Assembly (NCBI RefSeq): GCF_006345805.1
Contig: NC_043011.1
Location: 62,818,464 to 62,882,463 of the forward strand
Direction of reading: 5' to 3'
Length of the DNA stretch: 64,000 nucleotides
Source: Octopus sinensis
Lineage: Eukaryota
Made by a program: the position numbers and the translations under genes. Positions 1 through 14,567 of the stretch are shown piece by piece; positions within the stretch are counted from its first letter, which is position 1, and the number at the start of each line of letters is the position of its first letter. The notes beneath the pieces were generated by a model. It saw only the letters and a program-made list of their open reading frames with translations. It did not search any database and was not told where the DNA came from.

Positions 1-237
1 TATTATTATTATTATCATCATTATCGGAATCTTGGGGTTCGTAGCCCGCACTCTTCACCAATACGCCATCTACCGGTGGGCATATATATATATCCATATG
101 TATATACGTGCATGTGTTTATGTGTGAATGTGGATGTCTCTCTCTCCTACTCTCTCTGTCTTTCTGTCTGTCTGTCTGTCTCTCTCTCTATATATATACA
201 TATATACATGCATATATATGTGTGTACATATATATAT

Positions 238-319
<82 letters not shown>

Positions 320-3031
320 ATATATATACATATATATATACATATACATATATATATATACATATATATGTATATATATATATATATTTGTTGTTATATG
401 TAAGAATACATAATATAGAACTTAAATTTTACTCTCTAAACTAGTCTATTTATTTACCTTCTATCTTTCGGTACATTTATTCTAATCACATTCAATGTAC
501 ATATGAGAAAAATAAGTCGAATGTTGACTAACATGTCACTTATATCAAATTTCTCCCAAATAATTCACAGAAACTTCAATAATACAATTCACTTGGTTTA
601 CACCAAATTGTTTAATATTTTCGCTGTTTACCCAATCTCTTGATTCTGCAAGCATTTTCCTTATTAAATATAACGAAAAATTAATAATATTTTGTCCTAC
701 ATATAATGTGTACCGAAATGTCCCTTGCAAATTGGAAAGTGTTGTTTTGATTTTCATCAATGTTTTACCATAAGTTTTTGTTATATATCTCGACATGAGA
801 TTGCTTCCTGATTAATCATCAGAACTGCTTTTCCTGGAATATGAGTGGTAACATATTTATTTATTTATTCTATTATTTATTTCATCTATCAAGTATGAAA
901 CTCGAGATTTTAATCTAAAATATATGTTTAATTCTGACGAACAATATGGTCAATGTATTACACCGTTCCTTCAAGAAATAAAATCTAATCAAAGAGGAAA
1001 TAAGTATGATTCTTTTTAGGAGAGGGGAATGAAAATAATATCCGTCATTTGCACAGATAAGCGTAAATATTAGCAAAGAAAAAGATCAATAAATAGCATC
1101 TCAGGTGAATACTTAATTTATTGATCTTGCACATCTGTTAAGAAGGGTACACAATTACCCCCCTTGGCTGAATTTGATATACGATAACAGAAATTGCAAA
1201 GACATCAATTGTAATATTTGACTTATAACATTTACTCATAATTAAAACTCTAGGGAGTATCGGTTTTACCGTTTAATCTGCCCTAGAGATTGATGACTTC
1301 TTAATCAATTCAAGAAATCAGATTTTCACAGATTTGCTGGAAATAGCAGCTACGACTACTTCAGATTTTACCATATCGTGTTAAAATATTTCTAAATGTA
1401 CATTGTATCTGCTATTACGTTGGGACAATGACGGCTGCACCAATACCTGTGTTCATTGTTCTTTTCGATGAACGGATATGGGTTTATAGAGAGATACGTG
1501 GTTGTTACTACGATCAGGCCAAGCAGTTTTACTAGCGGTAGGACATATCAGAGACAAGAAAATATCCAGTAATAACACAACTAAATCTCCACCAAGGTCA
1601 CATGAGATCCACAAAGATGTACAGTGCTCATAGTGGGACGGTAGTGAAGCTACACAGAGAATCATCGTAGACGACAAGTCAGAAGCATATTTCAATCCAG
1701 AGATATGCTGTCTACATATTTACGTTTTAAATTAACTTCTAAAAGGTACACATTTTTGCGTTGGTGATTCTCATGCACATTCCTGCCTGCGTAACAGTCT
1801 GGCCGACAGATATGTTGACTGCATTTTCAATGCTTCTAAAATGTTCACTAAATTGTTGCGCGGGACCTCTGCATACGCACAATATCCATATTTAGACAGT
1901 ATCCCTTGAGCCGTAAGTTATTGTTTCTTCCTACACTTATTGCATTTAATAGTCAATCCCTAAATAACCCCTACGTCTAGTACTTCCTGCAAATATAATC
2001 GACTCTCTGGACTTTTTTCCATAAACAATTTTCACACATTTGTCAACCTGCATCTGTCTCAATAAACTTTCTCAGCATCAATATCCACGGGCTGTTTAAA
2101 AGCAACGGGCACGGCCCTATCTTTCAGAACGATCTCCCAAGAAAAGCGTGCTAGCATTTAGTCCTTTAGAAAACCATGACATTCAGACGCATCTATTCTT
2201 TGATTACATTCGATATTCCATAGATATTTATTTTTGATCGAATAAACGTAAATTTTATAAGCGAAATGTACACATGGCCACAATAAATATCATTATTACG
2301 TATATAAAATCTTCTACTCTGAGAAGATACATTTCAGACAGAAACATACAACCAAAGACTATACGATTAGATAAGACATATTCATAAATATATTAGAATT
2401 GCTTACCAGTTCCTGTAAAACCTCACTTGGAACAATATAGTGCGTAAAATAATTTATGGCGCAATTAATACCAGCAGGATATACATGAAATGCCCAAGAA
2501 CATTACAGCAAATGTAATCTTTCCGCTTCAACTTATTTCCTTGTAACTTCTGAACCATTCTTTCACCGAGGCATTTAATTTCATTTCAATGTATTATTTC
2601 ACTTTATAAGTCTATATATATATATATAATATATATATATATATGTGTGTGTGTGTATGTATGTATGTGTAAATGTATGTATGTATATATGCTTGTATGT
2701 GTATATGTATGTATGCATAGATATATGTATGTGTAAATGTATGTATGTATATATGCTTGTATGTGTATATGTATGTATGCATAGATATATGTATGTGTAT
2801 AAATGTATACTTGAGTGTATATGCTGAAGCATACACACTTCCACGTACATAATTTGTAATAGTTTGAATTTGTGATCGAAGTACAATCACCACAATAATG
2901 GCATTTCCGGAGGCGTGCGAGTGCATATGTAAGCATACATACACATATATATTTCGTGAGGATTGCAGCGAGTGCATAGATGCATAGATGCAGTCATACA
3001 TACTTATTTCTGAATGTATATATATATATAT

Positions 3032-3081
<50 letters not shown>

Positions 3082-3088
3082 GGAGACG

Positions 3089-3131
<43 letters not shown>

Positions 3132-3742
3132 ATTTATATGTATATATACATATCCACATAATGCCTCCGGAAACGTTGTGATTGTAACGCTATTTCAATC
3201 GCCAGTTCAAGTTATTTCAATTTACGGCAATATTCTTGATAATATAGTTTGATGCACTTAACATATTCTGTTTCTGTTTCGTTTAAAATACGATTCACCC
3301 AAGTGAATTATGCCTGGCAGTTAGAATTATATTAGGCCGTAATGCAGAAAGCGTTGCGAAAATAAATTCCTTAAAGTTTGAACAATTGCAGAAAACATAC
3401 AAGGACCTTCAATATGTCGCACTATAAGCGACGGGCATAAGAAATTGGGAACTTTTACCACTACGAAAATTTATTCAGGAATTCTGCCTGGAGAAATTTG
3501 GAAATAACTGACTTCATGCAATGATTGTAAAGTTGCTAGTATTTATTAATGAAAACCATTGCTGTATTAAAATATGTAGTGATTATACAATATAGGGAAT
3601 ACCTGGTTTAAAAACAATATATATGTATTAATATAATTGCGTAACGTGTTATATGAAGCCAAGACTGCGTAAATACCAGTCAAGCGAAACGTTCCTTAAT
3701 CATACACGTCTAATGAAAAGCATCTTCTAAATGATATTTAGG

Positions 3743-3955
3743 AACGTTAGCACGCCGGGCGAAATGCGTAGCCGTATTTCGTCTGCCGTTACGTTCTGAG
3801 TTCAAATTGCGCCGAGGTCGACTTTGCCTTTCATCCTTTCGGGGTCGATAAATTAAGTACCAGTTACGCACTGATTCGATGTAATCGACTTAATCCATTT
3901 GTCTGTTCTTGTTTGCCCCCCTGTGTTTTTAGCCCCTTGTGGGTAGTAAAGAAAT
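3743..3955 (+). mobile_element. tRNA-derived SINE with Nin/Deu-like central domain
   Basis: B-box-like gagttcaaatt followed by gactttgcctttcatcctttcggggtcgataaattaagtaccag; the same module recurs many times in the window. Confidence 0.75.
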
Positions 3956-4371
3956 ATATATTTTACAAAAGATTTCGTAGGTGCTAAAGTACAACCATTA
4001 GGTCGATTATAGATTCAGGACTTTCTTGCGGTTGTAAGTCAGACAGGTTATGTTGTATAATTCACTAGAAAAGAAACACTAGAAAACACCCCACCAACAA
4101 TTGTTCTATTCACTGTTATATTTTTAACGGCGTTTGCATTTGTTTTGCCAATGTACGCATAATGCACATATGACTACATGTACCGAATATATATAAGATA
4201 TATGTATGTATGTATGTCATTATTCAGTTTTATTTCAAGATTCCTTGCCAATAGAGAAAGAGCTGCTTTCTAACATAGATCCGAGGTTCCCCCTTTGGAA
4301 TTTCAACAAATTTCAAGAAGGTACTGTTGTATGTATATATGTATATATGTATGTATGTATGTATGTATGTT

Positions 4372-4403
<32 letters not shown>

Positions 4404-4606
4404 TGTATGTATGTATGTATGTATGTATGTATGTATGTATGTATGTATATGTGTGCGTGCCTGTGTGTATATGTATGTATGTATGTTTGCATGTATACGT
4501 GCTGAGTTGTATGTTTCATTTTATATATGTTTTCTCATGCACACATTTCCATATCTAGATATACTCATAAACGGTAAACTTCTAGAAAGTTTTACTAATT
4601 TGTATA

Positions 4607-4771
4607 GTCGAAGGAGCGGCTGTGTGGTAAGTAGCTCGCTTTCCCTACCATATTGTTCCAGGTTCAACCCCACTGCGTGGCACCTTGGGCTAGTATCTTC
4701 TACTATAGCCTCGAGCCGACCAAAGCCTTGCGAGTGGATTTGGTAGACGGAAACTGAAAGAAGCCCACCGT
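4607..4771 (+). mobile_element. 5' half of CORE-like octopus SINE, ending at its internal (TA)n
   Basis: ggctgtgtggtaag head, caccttgggctag CORE-like motif and ggatttggtagacggaaactgaaagaagcc match the full copy at 52698-53100. Confidence 0.8.
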
Positions 4772-4790
4772 ATATATATATATATATATA

Positions 4791-5590
4791 TTTGTAAAAA
4801 AGAAGTTTGAAAACGCCACTATATTAGATAAATTATAATTTTACATGTTTCGGTTCTTGAGATAACGAACCTTATCAAAAAAATTTATAATAAAAAGTAT
4901 AATGGAACAGTTATGGGTCAGATCTGATTTTGATTCGTTAAAAAATTGATGGCGTTTTTCTTCTGTGGTCAAACAAGTCGTTCTGCTTGGTTAGCCACCT
5001 TACAGGATACAGTTATGGGTCAGATCTGATTTTGATTCGTTAAAAAATTGATGACGGTTTTCTTCGGTGATCAAGCTTGTCGTTCTGCTTAGTTGGTTTC
5101 CTAATAGGATACAGTTATGGGTCTTTTCCTTATATTCGTTGAAGCTGGGTTTTGATTGGTTTGGAATTATATGACGTCAGTGAACAGTGCCAGAGACCAC
5201 GGCTACTGCTGATGTCACAGCCACAACTTAGCTGATATAACCCCAACCACCACCAAGGTTACCAAAATTACGACCAACAGACGACGACCACGAATCACTA
5301 CTGTTGCTCCCATTGGAACACAAGGTAAAATCTATAATGAACTTCTCCACTACACTTGACAAAACAGTAAGGAACGACTATGGATTTTTTCTATTATACT
5401 CTTTATAATATATTTGATAAGGTTCGCCTTTTCAAGAACATGGACTCTATTGAATGTATGTAACAATTATGAACTGTTCCATTATACTTTTTTTATAATT
5501 TTTTTTTATAAGGTTCGTTATTTCAACCGAAACATGTAAAATGAAAATTTATCTAATATAATGGCGTTTTCAAACTTCTTTTTTACAAAT
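4791..5590. mobile_element. Fold-back element with ~120 bp terminal inverted repeats and internal direct repeats (PLE-like)
   Basis: 4791-4910 is the approximate reverse complement of 5471-5590; acagttatgggtcagatctgattttgattcgttaaaaaattga occurs at ~4907 and ~5008, with a third partial copy at ~5107; TA tract on the left. Confidence 0.8.
4836..4885 (-). ncRNA. Decayed minimal hammerhead motif (core TTGATAA)
   Basis: Minus strand reads TTGATAA ggttc..gaacc GAAA CATG TA aaatt; stem II and palindromic stem III are intact, with two transitions in the core; a more decayed mirror copy lies at ~5505-5545 (+). Confidence 0.45.
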
Positions 5591-5637
5591 ATATACCCAC
5601 TCGTATACGATCTACTCTTATTATAAATATATATATA

Positions 5638-5683
<46 letters not shown>

Positions 5684-5954
5684 TATATATTGCTCATTCA
5701 AATCTAGTGAGCAGCAACAGACGATACCGGCATGACTTTGAATCCCTTTAACAATTCATAATAACGACTTTTATTCCTCTTAATTCTACCTCAGTTCGTC
5801 TAATTGTATATATTATCATTACATTTCATAAAAAAAGCCTATATATATTGATATCCAACGTGCATTTTCGCTTTTATTCTTCTTATATTCCTCATACATT
5901 TTCCATGTGTAGTTTCTATTTTCTTTTTTAAAACATTTCTATGATATATATATG

Positions 5955-6050
<96 letters not shown>

Positions 6051-7112
6051 AACGCACACATAAATCTATGCATGTCAACTCGTTATTCTTCACGTAGTTA
6101 ACCACAACTAGGTCCAGTGCATCCATTGTAAAACTGTTCTCTGGTTGAAATAACTAAGATTCCCCTCACGCAATTCTCATAGCAGAAATAGTGAACTACT
6201 CCATTATGGTAATACCATAATTCTTAATTAATAATGAATAAGAAATATACAATTTTGTCATTAATGCATCTTCAACATGAAATATGTCTCCATGCGTCAA
6301 ATAGAAAACAAGGAATGCAAAGTTTTCTCATAACTGTTTTTATATTCATATTTATATAACGTTTTGTATTACCAAAAAGAACAAATCAAAACCAAAAAAA
6401 ACACATTAGGATTAACCGAATTCCATCTGAGAAATATATACAGATATGTTTTCTAAAATGCATATCCATTTGCCAAAATGGATTACATTATTAATTAATT
6501 TGTTGGTTTAGAGCAGAATATAATTTGTTGTATTTTGTAAGGAAGTACTCTTTGTTAAATAAAAACAAAATCATATGCTTTTAACCTAAAGTGCATTTTC
6601 GCTTTCGCAAGACAAAAAAACATAAGCGTGTATAATGTAAAAGAAACGGTAACACGTTGTTGGTTTCGTTGCTATTACATATCGTTCCAATCAAATTTAA
6701 GCTCGGTTATATTTCAGCGATGACCAATACATCTTTGTCTGGATAAATATCCACAAACGTGGTGAAACATTTTCGAACTGATTTGCTACTGTTGACTGAC
6801 CCGAACGAGGCATAAAAATGACACAGAGAAGAATTTTCAACTGGTACTTCCATGCTGGTAGTTTGTCACACGTGACTCTTGCCTTATATGATGAGAAAGA
6901 TTTTACTCTTCGATGAGTAGATTTGCTTCTCAGTGCAGCAACGCGTACTGTGGAGTAACAATGTTACTTATATATAACGGCGCATTGGACAGAAGGAAAG
7001 ACATTTTGAATACATAATACCACGGGAGATATAATTACATTTATGCAAGTCAGAACGGACAATATAATAATTCAGAATATATTCGTACACATTCCACTAC
7101 ACATAGCATCGA

Positions 7113-7145
<33 letters not shown>

Positions 7146-7272
7146 TGTATGTATGGATATATATATATATATATTTATGTATATATACATATATACATAT
7201 GAATATATATATATGCATACACACTCATATATATATATACATACATACGTATATATATACATACATGTATAT

Positions 7273-7303
<31 letters not shown>

Positions 7304-7309
7304 ATATAT

Positions 7310-7366
<57 letters not shown>

Positions 7367-7369
<3 letters not shown>

Positions 7370-8310
7370 CTGGACAAAATATACAAGTGGGCTGAAAAGA
7401 ATAGCATGCAGTTCAATGCTGAAATGTCTCAAGCTTTATACTATCAGCATGCAAAACTAAATGCAATACCCAATAAATACACCGGACCTGGAGGGATTGC
7501 AATCCCAGAGGCACAATCAGTGCGAGACCTGGGTATTTACATGAGTGATGAAGCAACCTTTCACGTGCATGTTGCTAAATTGGCAATGAAATGTAGGCGG
7601 CTGACCGGATTGATTCTTAGAACATTCAGAACAAGAGACCAGGAAACCATGATGGTCCTCTGGAGGACACTTGTCCTAAGCCCCTTTAACTATTGCTCTC
7701 AGCTATGGTCACCATCCAGTGTCAAGTTAATCACAGAACTTGAGGCGATCCAACGAAGCTACAGGAAGAAGATAGCCTCTGTGCAGCATATAAGCTATTG
7801 GGAAAGACTCAAGAGATCGAGACTCTATTCCTTAGAGCGTAGGCGAGAAAGATATGCCATAATATACATCTGGAAGATCCTAGAAGGAATTCTCCCAAAC
7901 TTGGGCATCGAGAGTTACACAAATGCCAGAACTGGGCGCCACTGCATAGTGCCAAGGACTCCAACTTTGCCATCAAGATGTTGGACAAGATACTGTGATA
8001 GCCTGGGCTTCCGAGGCCCACAGCTCTTCAATATCCTCCCGAAGAACCTAAGAGACATGCATGGGGTGGATGCAGATGTCTTTAAAATGAATCTGAATCT
8101 CTTCCTGTCAGGTGTCCCAGATGAAACAACTTCACGGCAGGAGGTGCAGATGAGGGCAGCTGCATCGAACTCTCTCATGCACCAGATGGCATTTGCTAAA
8201 AATCATTCGTGAAGTAAAATCATGTAGCAACACCAAATGGCGGTGCCCCAGCATGGCCACAGCTTGTAAGCTGAAACTAAATAAAATAAGATAAAAAAAT
8301 AAAAAAAACA
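7367..8310 (+). mobile_element. 5'-truncated CR1-group LINE (RT C-terminal region plus 3' tail), family A
   Basis: ORF from ELDKIYKWAEKNSMQFN includes RDLGI, YCSQLWSP, LEAIQR and LYSLERRRERY, stop at 8212; followed by a 3' stem-loop and A-rich tail; 5' end abuts (GT)n. Confidence 0.9.
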
Positions 8311-8449
8311 TATAAACGGTGATCCAACAGGGCTGCAGTGAAATGAGTGAAACAAAGAAAAAGTAAAAGAGTATATATATGTATATATATATGTATGTAT
8401 GTATATATATATATATAATATATATATATGTATGTATGTATATTATAAT

Positions 8450-8494
<45 letters not shown>

Positions 8495-8618
8495 ATATAT
8501 ATATATATGTATGTATATGTATATATATATATATATGTATGTATATGTATATATATATATGTATATGTATATATATATGTATGTTATATATATCTATATA
8601 ATATATATATATATATAT

Positions 8619-8653
<35 letters not shown>

Positions 8654-9099
8654 CAGACAGACCAGAGAGAGAGAGAAAGAGAGGAAGAAAGATAGATAGA
8701 TAGTTTATGTTTCGTAAGATAAGATCAACAAAAATCTAGTCACCCGGTGGGAATAAAGTATAACTTAAATTATGAAGATTCCAGCTACTAATAATTTATT
8801 AGTTGGAGACGAGGTTTTGCAGGCTTTTGTAACACAACACACATCTTCAAGCAAGATACTATTCGCAGCTGGTAACTTAATCCTCTGCGCATTAGTGTCT
8901 GATTTTAATGCATTATATTGTTTAAACATATTTGTATGTGAGATAGGTAATTCTACAGAGTACGGCAAAATGATAGTCATATTCGTAGATTTAATAAATG
9001 GAAGATAAAGCTAAGAATGTTACTATTTTCGAAATGTACGTATGATGCCATTTTTATTCTTTTGGTGTTAAAAATTACATCAATCGTGTGGATACCGTT

Positions 9100-9793
9100 A
9101 CTATCCACACATTTTTGAAGGTGTCACGAAAGTTGTTCATAACTTGACCGGTTGTTTCATGTGGTATATCAGCATCCTCTTGACCAATCGCCTCTTCTAA
9201 CTGTTCAATAGATCGAGGTCGGTGAGCGTATACTTCTGATTGCAGGTATCCTCACAGAAAAAAAAATCGCACAGGTTCAAATCTGGTGATCCGGTGCGCT
9301 AACCGATGTCACTGCTCAAATAACCGGGGAGCATCTGTTGCCCTATCCTGTTGAATCCAAACATTGTCACTATCGTTAAGTTCATTCTATTTCAGTTTCA
9401 GAAAAGTTTCTAGCATCACAAAGTATCGATCAGAGACACTGTAGCATTGTCTCTTTCGAAGAGGTACGGACCCCAAATGCCAAATTATGCTGCTGCTAAA
9501 TTTCTCGTAGGTACAAGATTATGTGTACCAAGCCTGAAGTGCACACGGACCGCTATTTGTGTTGCAATTACGGATTCGTTATTATTGATAAACATTTCCA
9601 CAATGAAAGTGCGATAATCGCCCGTCCGATTCATGTTGGCAAATGAAAGCAAAGTCAAACGAAATGTCAAAAGTGGCACAAAAAATAGCTTAAAACATAC
9701 ATTTAGAAAATGAAAATGCATTTCTCGTCTTTTATTCTATTTCACTTTTATTAAACCTAAAACGGTAACAGATAATTTTGTCACACCCTATAT
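9100..9793 (-). mobile_element. Internally deleted Tc1/mariner-superfamily transposon relic (DUF4817-like N-terminus)
   Basis: Minus-strand MNRTGDYRTFIVEMFINNNESVIATQ N-terminus, SPDLNLCDFF and SEVYAHRPRSIEQLEEAI C-terminal motifs; terminus tatagggtgtgacaaaatt at ~9775-9793. Confidence 0.7.
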
Positions 9794-10349
9794 TACAAAA
9801 TCAATTATATTTTTTATTACTCGAAGTAATAATTGTTTTGTGATGTTTTCCATTCTTAGAGCCGTATCGCCGACGTTTACTAATAAGTATTAATATGCAT
9901 TATAGTACACGTCACATACATCCTACTATTAATATCTAAATATCATTGAGTTTTTTCACAAGCCGTAATGAATTAATGTTTTGTGTTTTTGGTATCAACT
10001 CCTGAAGGCAGTGTTGCATTTACATCACTTCTGCATTGATAAAACCATGATCTTATACCAAGTGAAGTTAACTATAGTGTAAATAAGAATATACATCCAT
10101 AATTTATATTAATGTATATACATTTCAAAATGTAACCACATGTGAATCGTTGGCGATTTTTTTTATTCCTCTGTCTTCTTTTTCTATTGGACTTTCCTCT
10201 GATTCTGAAGAAAAGCTTTGCTCGAAACATTAAAACACCTTTCCTTCCTTTCCTGACCCCTGCTAATACTTAACATGTACCACGTCCTCGCGTTATTGTT
10301 TTTCGTGTGTTTGTTCTTCATTTTTATGGATTAACTATGTATATATATA

Positions 10350-10405
<56 letters not shown>

Positions 10406-10472
10406 ATTTTATTTTAAAATTATAAGTATATGAAAGAATGGAGTTGAACGACTAGTTTACAAATATCCTTTA

Positions 10473-10555
10473 TTCCCGACATATGTTTCGAAGGCTGCAT
10501 ATTCCTAATTCCGAAGGAATAAGGAGTATATTATGCAGATTTCTCTTCAGGAAAA
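10473..10555 (-). ncRNA. Type I hammerhead motif (left arm of palindrome)
   Basis: Minus strand: ttttc CTGAAGA gaa..ctgcata..tatgcag..ttc GAAA CATATG TC gggaa. Confidence 0.7.
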
Positions 10556-10713
10556 TCAAGGAAACTTATGTCGACATCAAAATGCACAAAAATCTTTTAG
10601 CTGACCGCTCTCAAGGAGCCCATGGCGATAATGGCGATTATCGCCATGGGCTCCTTGAGAGCGGTCAGCTAAAATTTGTTTCTGCATTTTGATGTCGACA
10701 TAAGTTTCCTTGA

Positions 10714-10796
10714 TTTTCCTGAAGAGAAATCTGCATAATGTACTCCTTATTCCTTCGGAATTAGGAATATGCAGCCTTCGAAACATATGTCGAGAA
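10714..10796 (+). ncRNA. Type I hammerhead motif (right arm of palindrome)
   Basis: CTGAAGA 10719-25; extended stem II (gaa/ttc, ctgcata/tatgcag); GAAA 10780-83; palindromic ACATATGT; GUC site at 10791; stem I ttttc/gagaa. Confidence 0.7.
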
Positions 10797-11004
10797 TAAA
10801 GGATATTTGTTAACTAGTCGTTCAACTCCATTCTTTCATATACTTATAATTTTAAAATAAACATACAAATTTCCGCATGAAGACACGAAGTCTATGCCCT
10901 AGCGACGTAGCTTCAACCGTCTTCTTTCTGATGTGAATTTGCTACCCATATATCGGTTATCTTTCGAATTATCCTTAATAAGATAATTCATTCAATTACT
11001 CAAA

Positions 11005-11040
<36 letters not shown>

Positions 11041-11271
11041 TGTATGTATGTATGTATGTATATATGTATGTATGTATGTAGTATGTATGTATGTATGCGT
11101 GTGTGTGTGTTTATATATATATAATGGAAAAATTATACGAAATATATAAATAGAAGATGAGTAAAGCACTGGCACAAATAGGGTTACTTGTTGTAATCTG
11201 TAGATTTACTCTAGGAACTTCGCAGTGGCATTTCTGGTAACAATAGTAATGAAATATGGAAAGTGTATTTC

Positions 11272-11543
11272 TTAAGTACAACACATGTTTCGATCAATCG
11301 GTGTGGATCTTTTTGGGTAGATCGATAAAAAAATGTCGCACTGGAGATTTCTTGTATCGGTTCGGTTACCACCAAATGTCCATCAAATTCGAGAAGGAAT
11401 AAAAGATTTTATTTACTCACGAATGTGATGGACATAGAGCGAAAAAGAAGCCGACGCAAGGAATCGGCTATGGAAACTTCTTTTTTTTTTGATGTATCGG
11501 AAGAGACCCAGAGCAACGAGTCGAAACATGTGCTGTACTTAAT
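11272..11543. repeat. Short inverted repeat pair carrying decayed hammerhead halves
   Basis: ttaagtacaacacatgtttcga (11272-93) vs reverse complement of 11521-43, one mismatch; right side reads CGGAAGA gac..gtc GAAA CATG TG. Confidence 0.5.
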
Positions 11544-11594
11544 AAAGTCTAACACGTATTATATCTCCTATTTTATTAATACCGTATATATATA

Positions 11595-11685
<91 letters not shown>

Positions 11686-11784
11686 TTAGGCATATGTTGA
11701 AACTCAAAGAAGGAGCTATTAAATCTCTGCCCTACCGGCTTGACAGGTCTTGACAGAGGGGCGCAGTTTTATCCAGGAAGCGTT

Positions 11785-11935
11785 AAGTCAATCTCATCGA
11801 CAACGATGTCTTCTGGTACTTATTTTCTCAACCCCTAAAATAGATGAAAAGCAATGTTGGTCTCGGCAGAATTTGAACTCAGTACGTAGAGACACATGAA
11901 ATACAGCTATATATTTCGCCCGTGGTGGTAACATG
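11785..11935 (-). mobile_element. Decayed Nin/Deu-like SINE
   Basis: ctggtacttatttt...gaatttgaactcag in reverse orientation. Confidence 0.6.
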
Positions 11936-11979
11936 AGTCTGTCTACCCATACATACACAACCCAAACATACACAGACAC

Positions 11980-12076
<97 letters not shown>

Positions 12077-12872
12077 TGCATCAATCAATATACCTCTCTA
12101 TCTATCTATCTACACATATATATATATATATATGTATATGTACGCATGTATGTATATACATGTTCGTCAAAACATACACCACAGATGTATAGGTGTATAT
12201 ATATACATGTGTATGTGCGTGCGTGTGTCTGTGTGTGTATGTAACATATGCGTATATACATATTTATGTAAAGCAGTTATATAAATGCAAGTTTATGCAT
12301 CTTTGCATCAGTTATATAAATGAATACGTCAATATGTGTGTATATTCATAGTCAAATATACTTCAAAACTCGTGAATATTATTGGATATTAAAATGAATG
12401 GCCAATTAAAAGTGAGCAAGACTTTAAGTACTGTTCTCTACCTTCCTATACTCAGAAGTGTAAACATTTCCTCTGTTTACGTTCCCACTCGTAGATAGAT
12501 TGAAGTGTGAAGTTTTCATTAACGACTTATATTTCGATTAGATATTTATGCGTATAACTGTGTGAATGTACTTCGTTCGTTCTGTAGTAGGTATGTTCAA
12601 AACGGACAAATTCACACCCGTTTAAACAGTCTTAATAATAAATACAGTTTTGCAGTATAAAGTGCTTTTGGGGTTAAAATAATTTCCTTTCAATTTATAC
12701 AGTTGTACGTATTATTCTTCGTATTACAGGAATCTACACACAGAGAGTAGTAGACATATATACACATATATAAATCTACGTAGATGACGATGCAGTGAAT
12801 CTATCTATCTACCTATCTATCTATCTATCCATATATATCTATGCATATATATATATTATCCATACATATATA

Positions 12873-12911
<39 letters not shown>

Positions 12912-12966
12912 CACACAATATATATATGTGTGTGTGCGTAAATGCATACACAGATATGCACATTTA

Positions 12967-13030
<64 letters not shown>

Positions 13031-13877
13031 AATACATATATAACACATTAAACAAAATGAGTATGTGGCGTAGAAAGAAATGTCGTTAGAGCTAATAAAA
13101 ATGCTTCCACTCTGGAGATAATGAGAAAATTACATTAGTATACTTGGAAAGAAACATCATTGGGGAGAATCTTCATTGTAATTCAAATTCTAAACATTGA
13201 TTTTTAAGTGACTGCAAGTACAAAGAAATTGAAAAAAAAAAAGAAAGAAATATACCGGGCTTAATACTACCGTCGCAATTGCTCATATATCTTGACGTCT
13301 ATGCTTCGTGTGTGTCTATAGCTTATGGTAATATTTATATAAATGTGAAGATAACTTCTGTTTCTTCCATTACCTTGGTGTGTTATTAATTAAAAGCAGA
13401 ATACGTAATGCGCAGTGAGTTTTATATCTGATAGAAGACAAAAGCAAACATACTGGTTTCTCATTATTAAGAGGAAAATAATGTGATTGATATGAATCTT
13501 TGCATCTGCGGCATAAACTCATTTTCTGTTGAGAAATGAAATACAATAGACAGAAAATAATGCGCAAAGAATAAAGCTGTTGTTTGGACATATACATTGT
13601 TCAACAGATACACTTGTACATATATATACATGCATGCATGTATATATACATACGTATACAATACATAAGAAAATGCATATATATATGAGAACATTTCTTG
13701 GTGGTAGGACCATAGCAGATCTATTTCTAGCATATGGGTGTCCACATAGTGGTTTCCCTCTAATATATATATATAATACAGTTTTACTGAGCCTTCAGTT
13801 TTTTTTATGCTAGACCACTGGTGTGAAATCGATGTCAATTAAATTAATATCTAATATCTCACCCTTATTTAAAATTT

Positions 13878-13918
<41 letters not shown>

Positions 13919-14308
13919 CTACTTAATAAAACTAATTGAGATGTTATAATGTGTAGAGAAGAAATATAGTCGTCCAATAAATATGTCTAACGGAGTCAAG
14001 ACACCTACATTGCTAGAAACGAGAGCTAAAGTGCTCGAATGCTTTAATAATTCTCATGACATATTCTGATATGGTTTAGAGTTACCTCGAACACAGGAAG
14101 CGAGGATTTCTTGTATTGCATAGGTCAACTTCACCCATCAGAAGATATACAAATTCATACGAATTGTACTTGATAATTAAACCTGTATATGAGTGTTTGT
14201 GTGTGTGCTTTCTTGTATAGGTACGTGTTGAAATTTAATATGAAATACAGCTATATATTTCGACCAGGGTGGTAGCATGGGTCTGTCTACCCATGCACAG
14301 AGACAGAG

Positions 14309-14317
14309 AGTCATGTA

Positions 14318-14409
<92 letters not shown>

Positions 14410-14410
14410 C

Positions 14411-14444
<34 letters not shown>

Positions 14445-14465
14445 TCTATCTATCTATCTATCTAT
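14309..14465. repeat. (TATC)n microsatellite
   Basis: Direct inspection. Confidence 0.95.
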
Positions 14466-14491
14466 CTCTCTCTCTCTCTCTCTCTCTCTTT

Positions 14492-14567
<76 letters not shown>

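Larger units (their letters stand above)
10408..10861. repeat. ~454 bp near-perfect palindrome with a 4-nt central loop
   Basis: catggcgataat-ggcg-attatcgccatg at 10621-10648; the arms give mirror ORFs (MFRRLHIPNSEGIRS on both strands); a TA tract abuts the left end. Confidence 0.95.

Noticed and set aside
108-413. YIYIYI / MYVCMY / THTHTH ORFs here and throughout the track
   Set aside because: Translations of (TA)n, (TATG)n and (CA)n microsatellites; not genes
4907-5123. Regularly spaced direct repeats (possible CRISPR-like array)
   Set aside because: Only two full and one partial copy, with homologous rather than unique spacers, in a eukaryotic repeat context
7043-7366. N-terminal extension of the 389-aa ORF (likewise 60648-60998 of the 477-aa ORF)
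   Set aside because: In-frame read-through of microsatellite upstream of 5'-truncated LINEs
10205-10235. CTGAAGA aaagctttgctc GAAACATTA
   Set aside because: Stem III lacks the pairing G and there is no stem I; at most a heavily decayed relic
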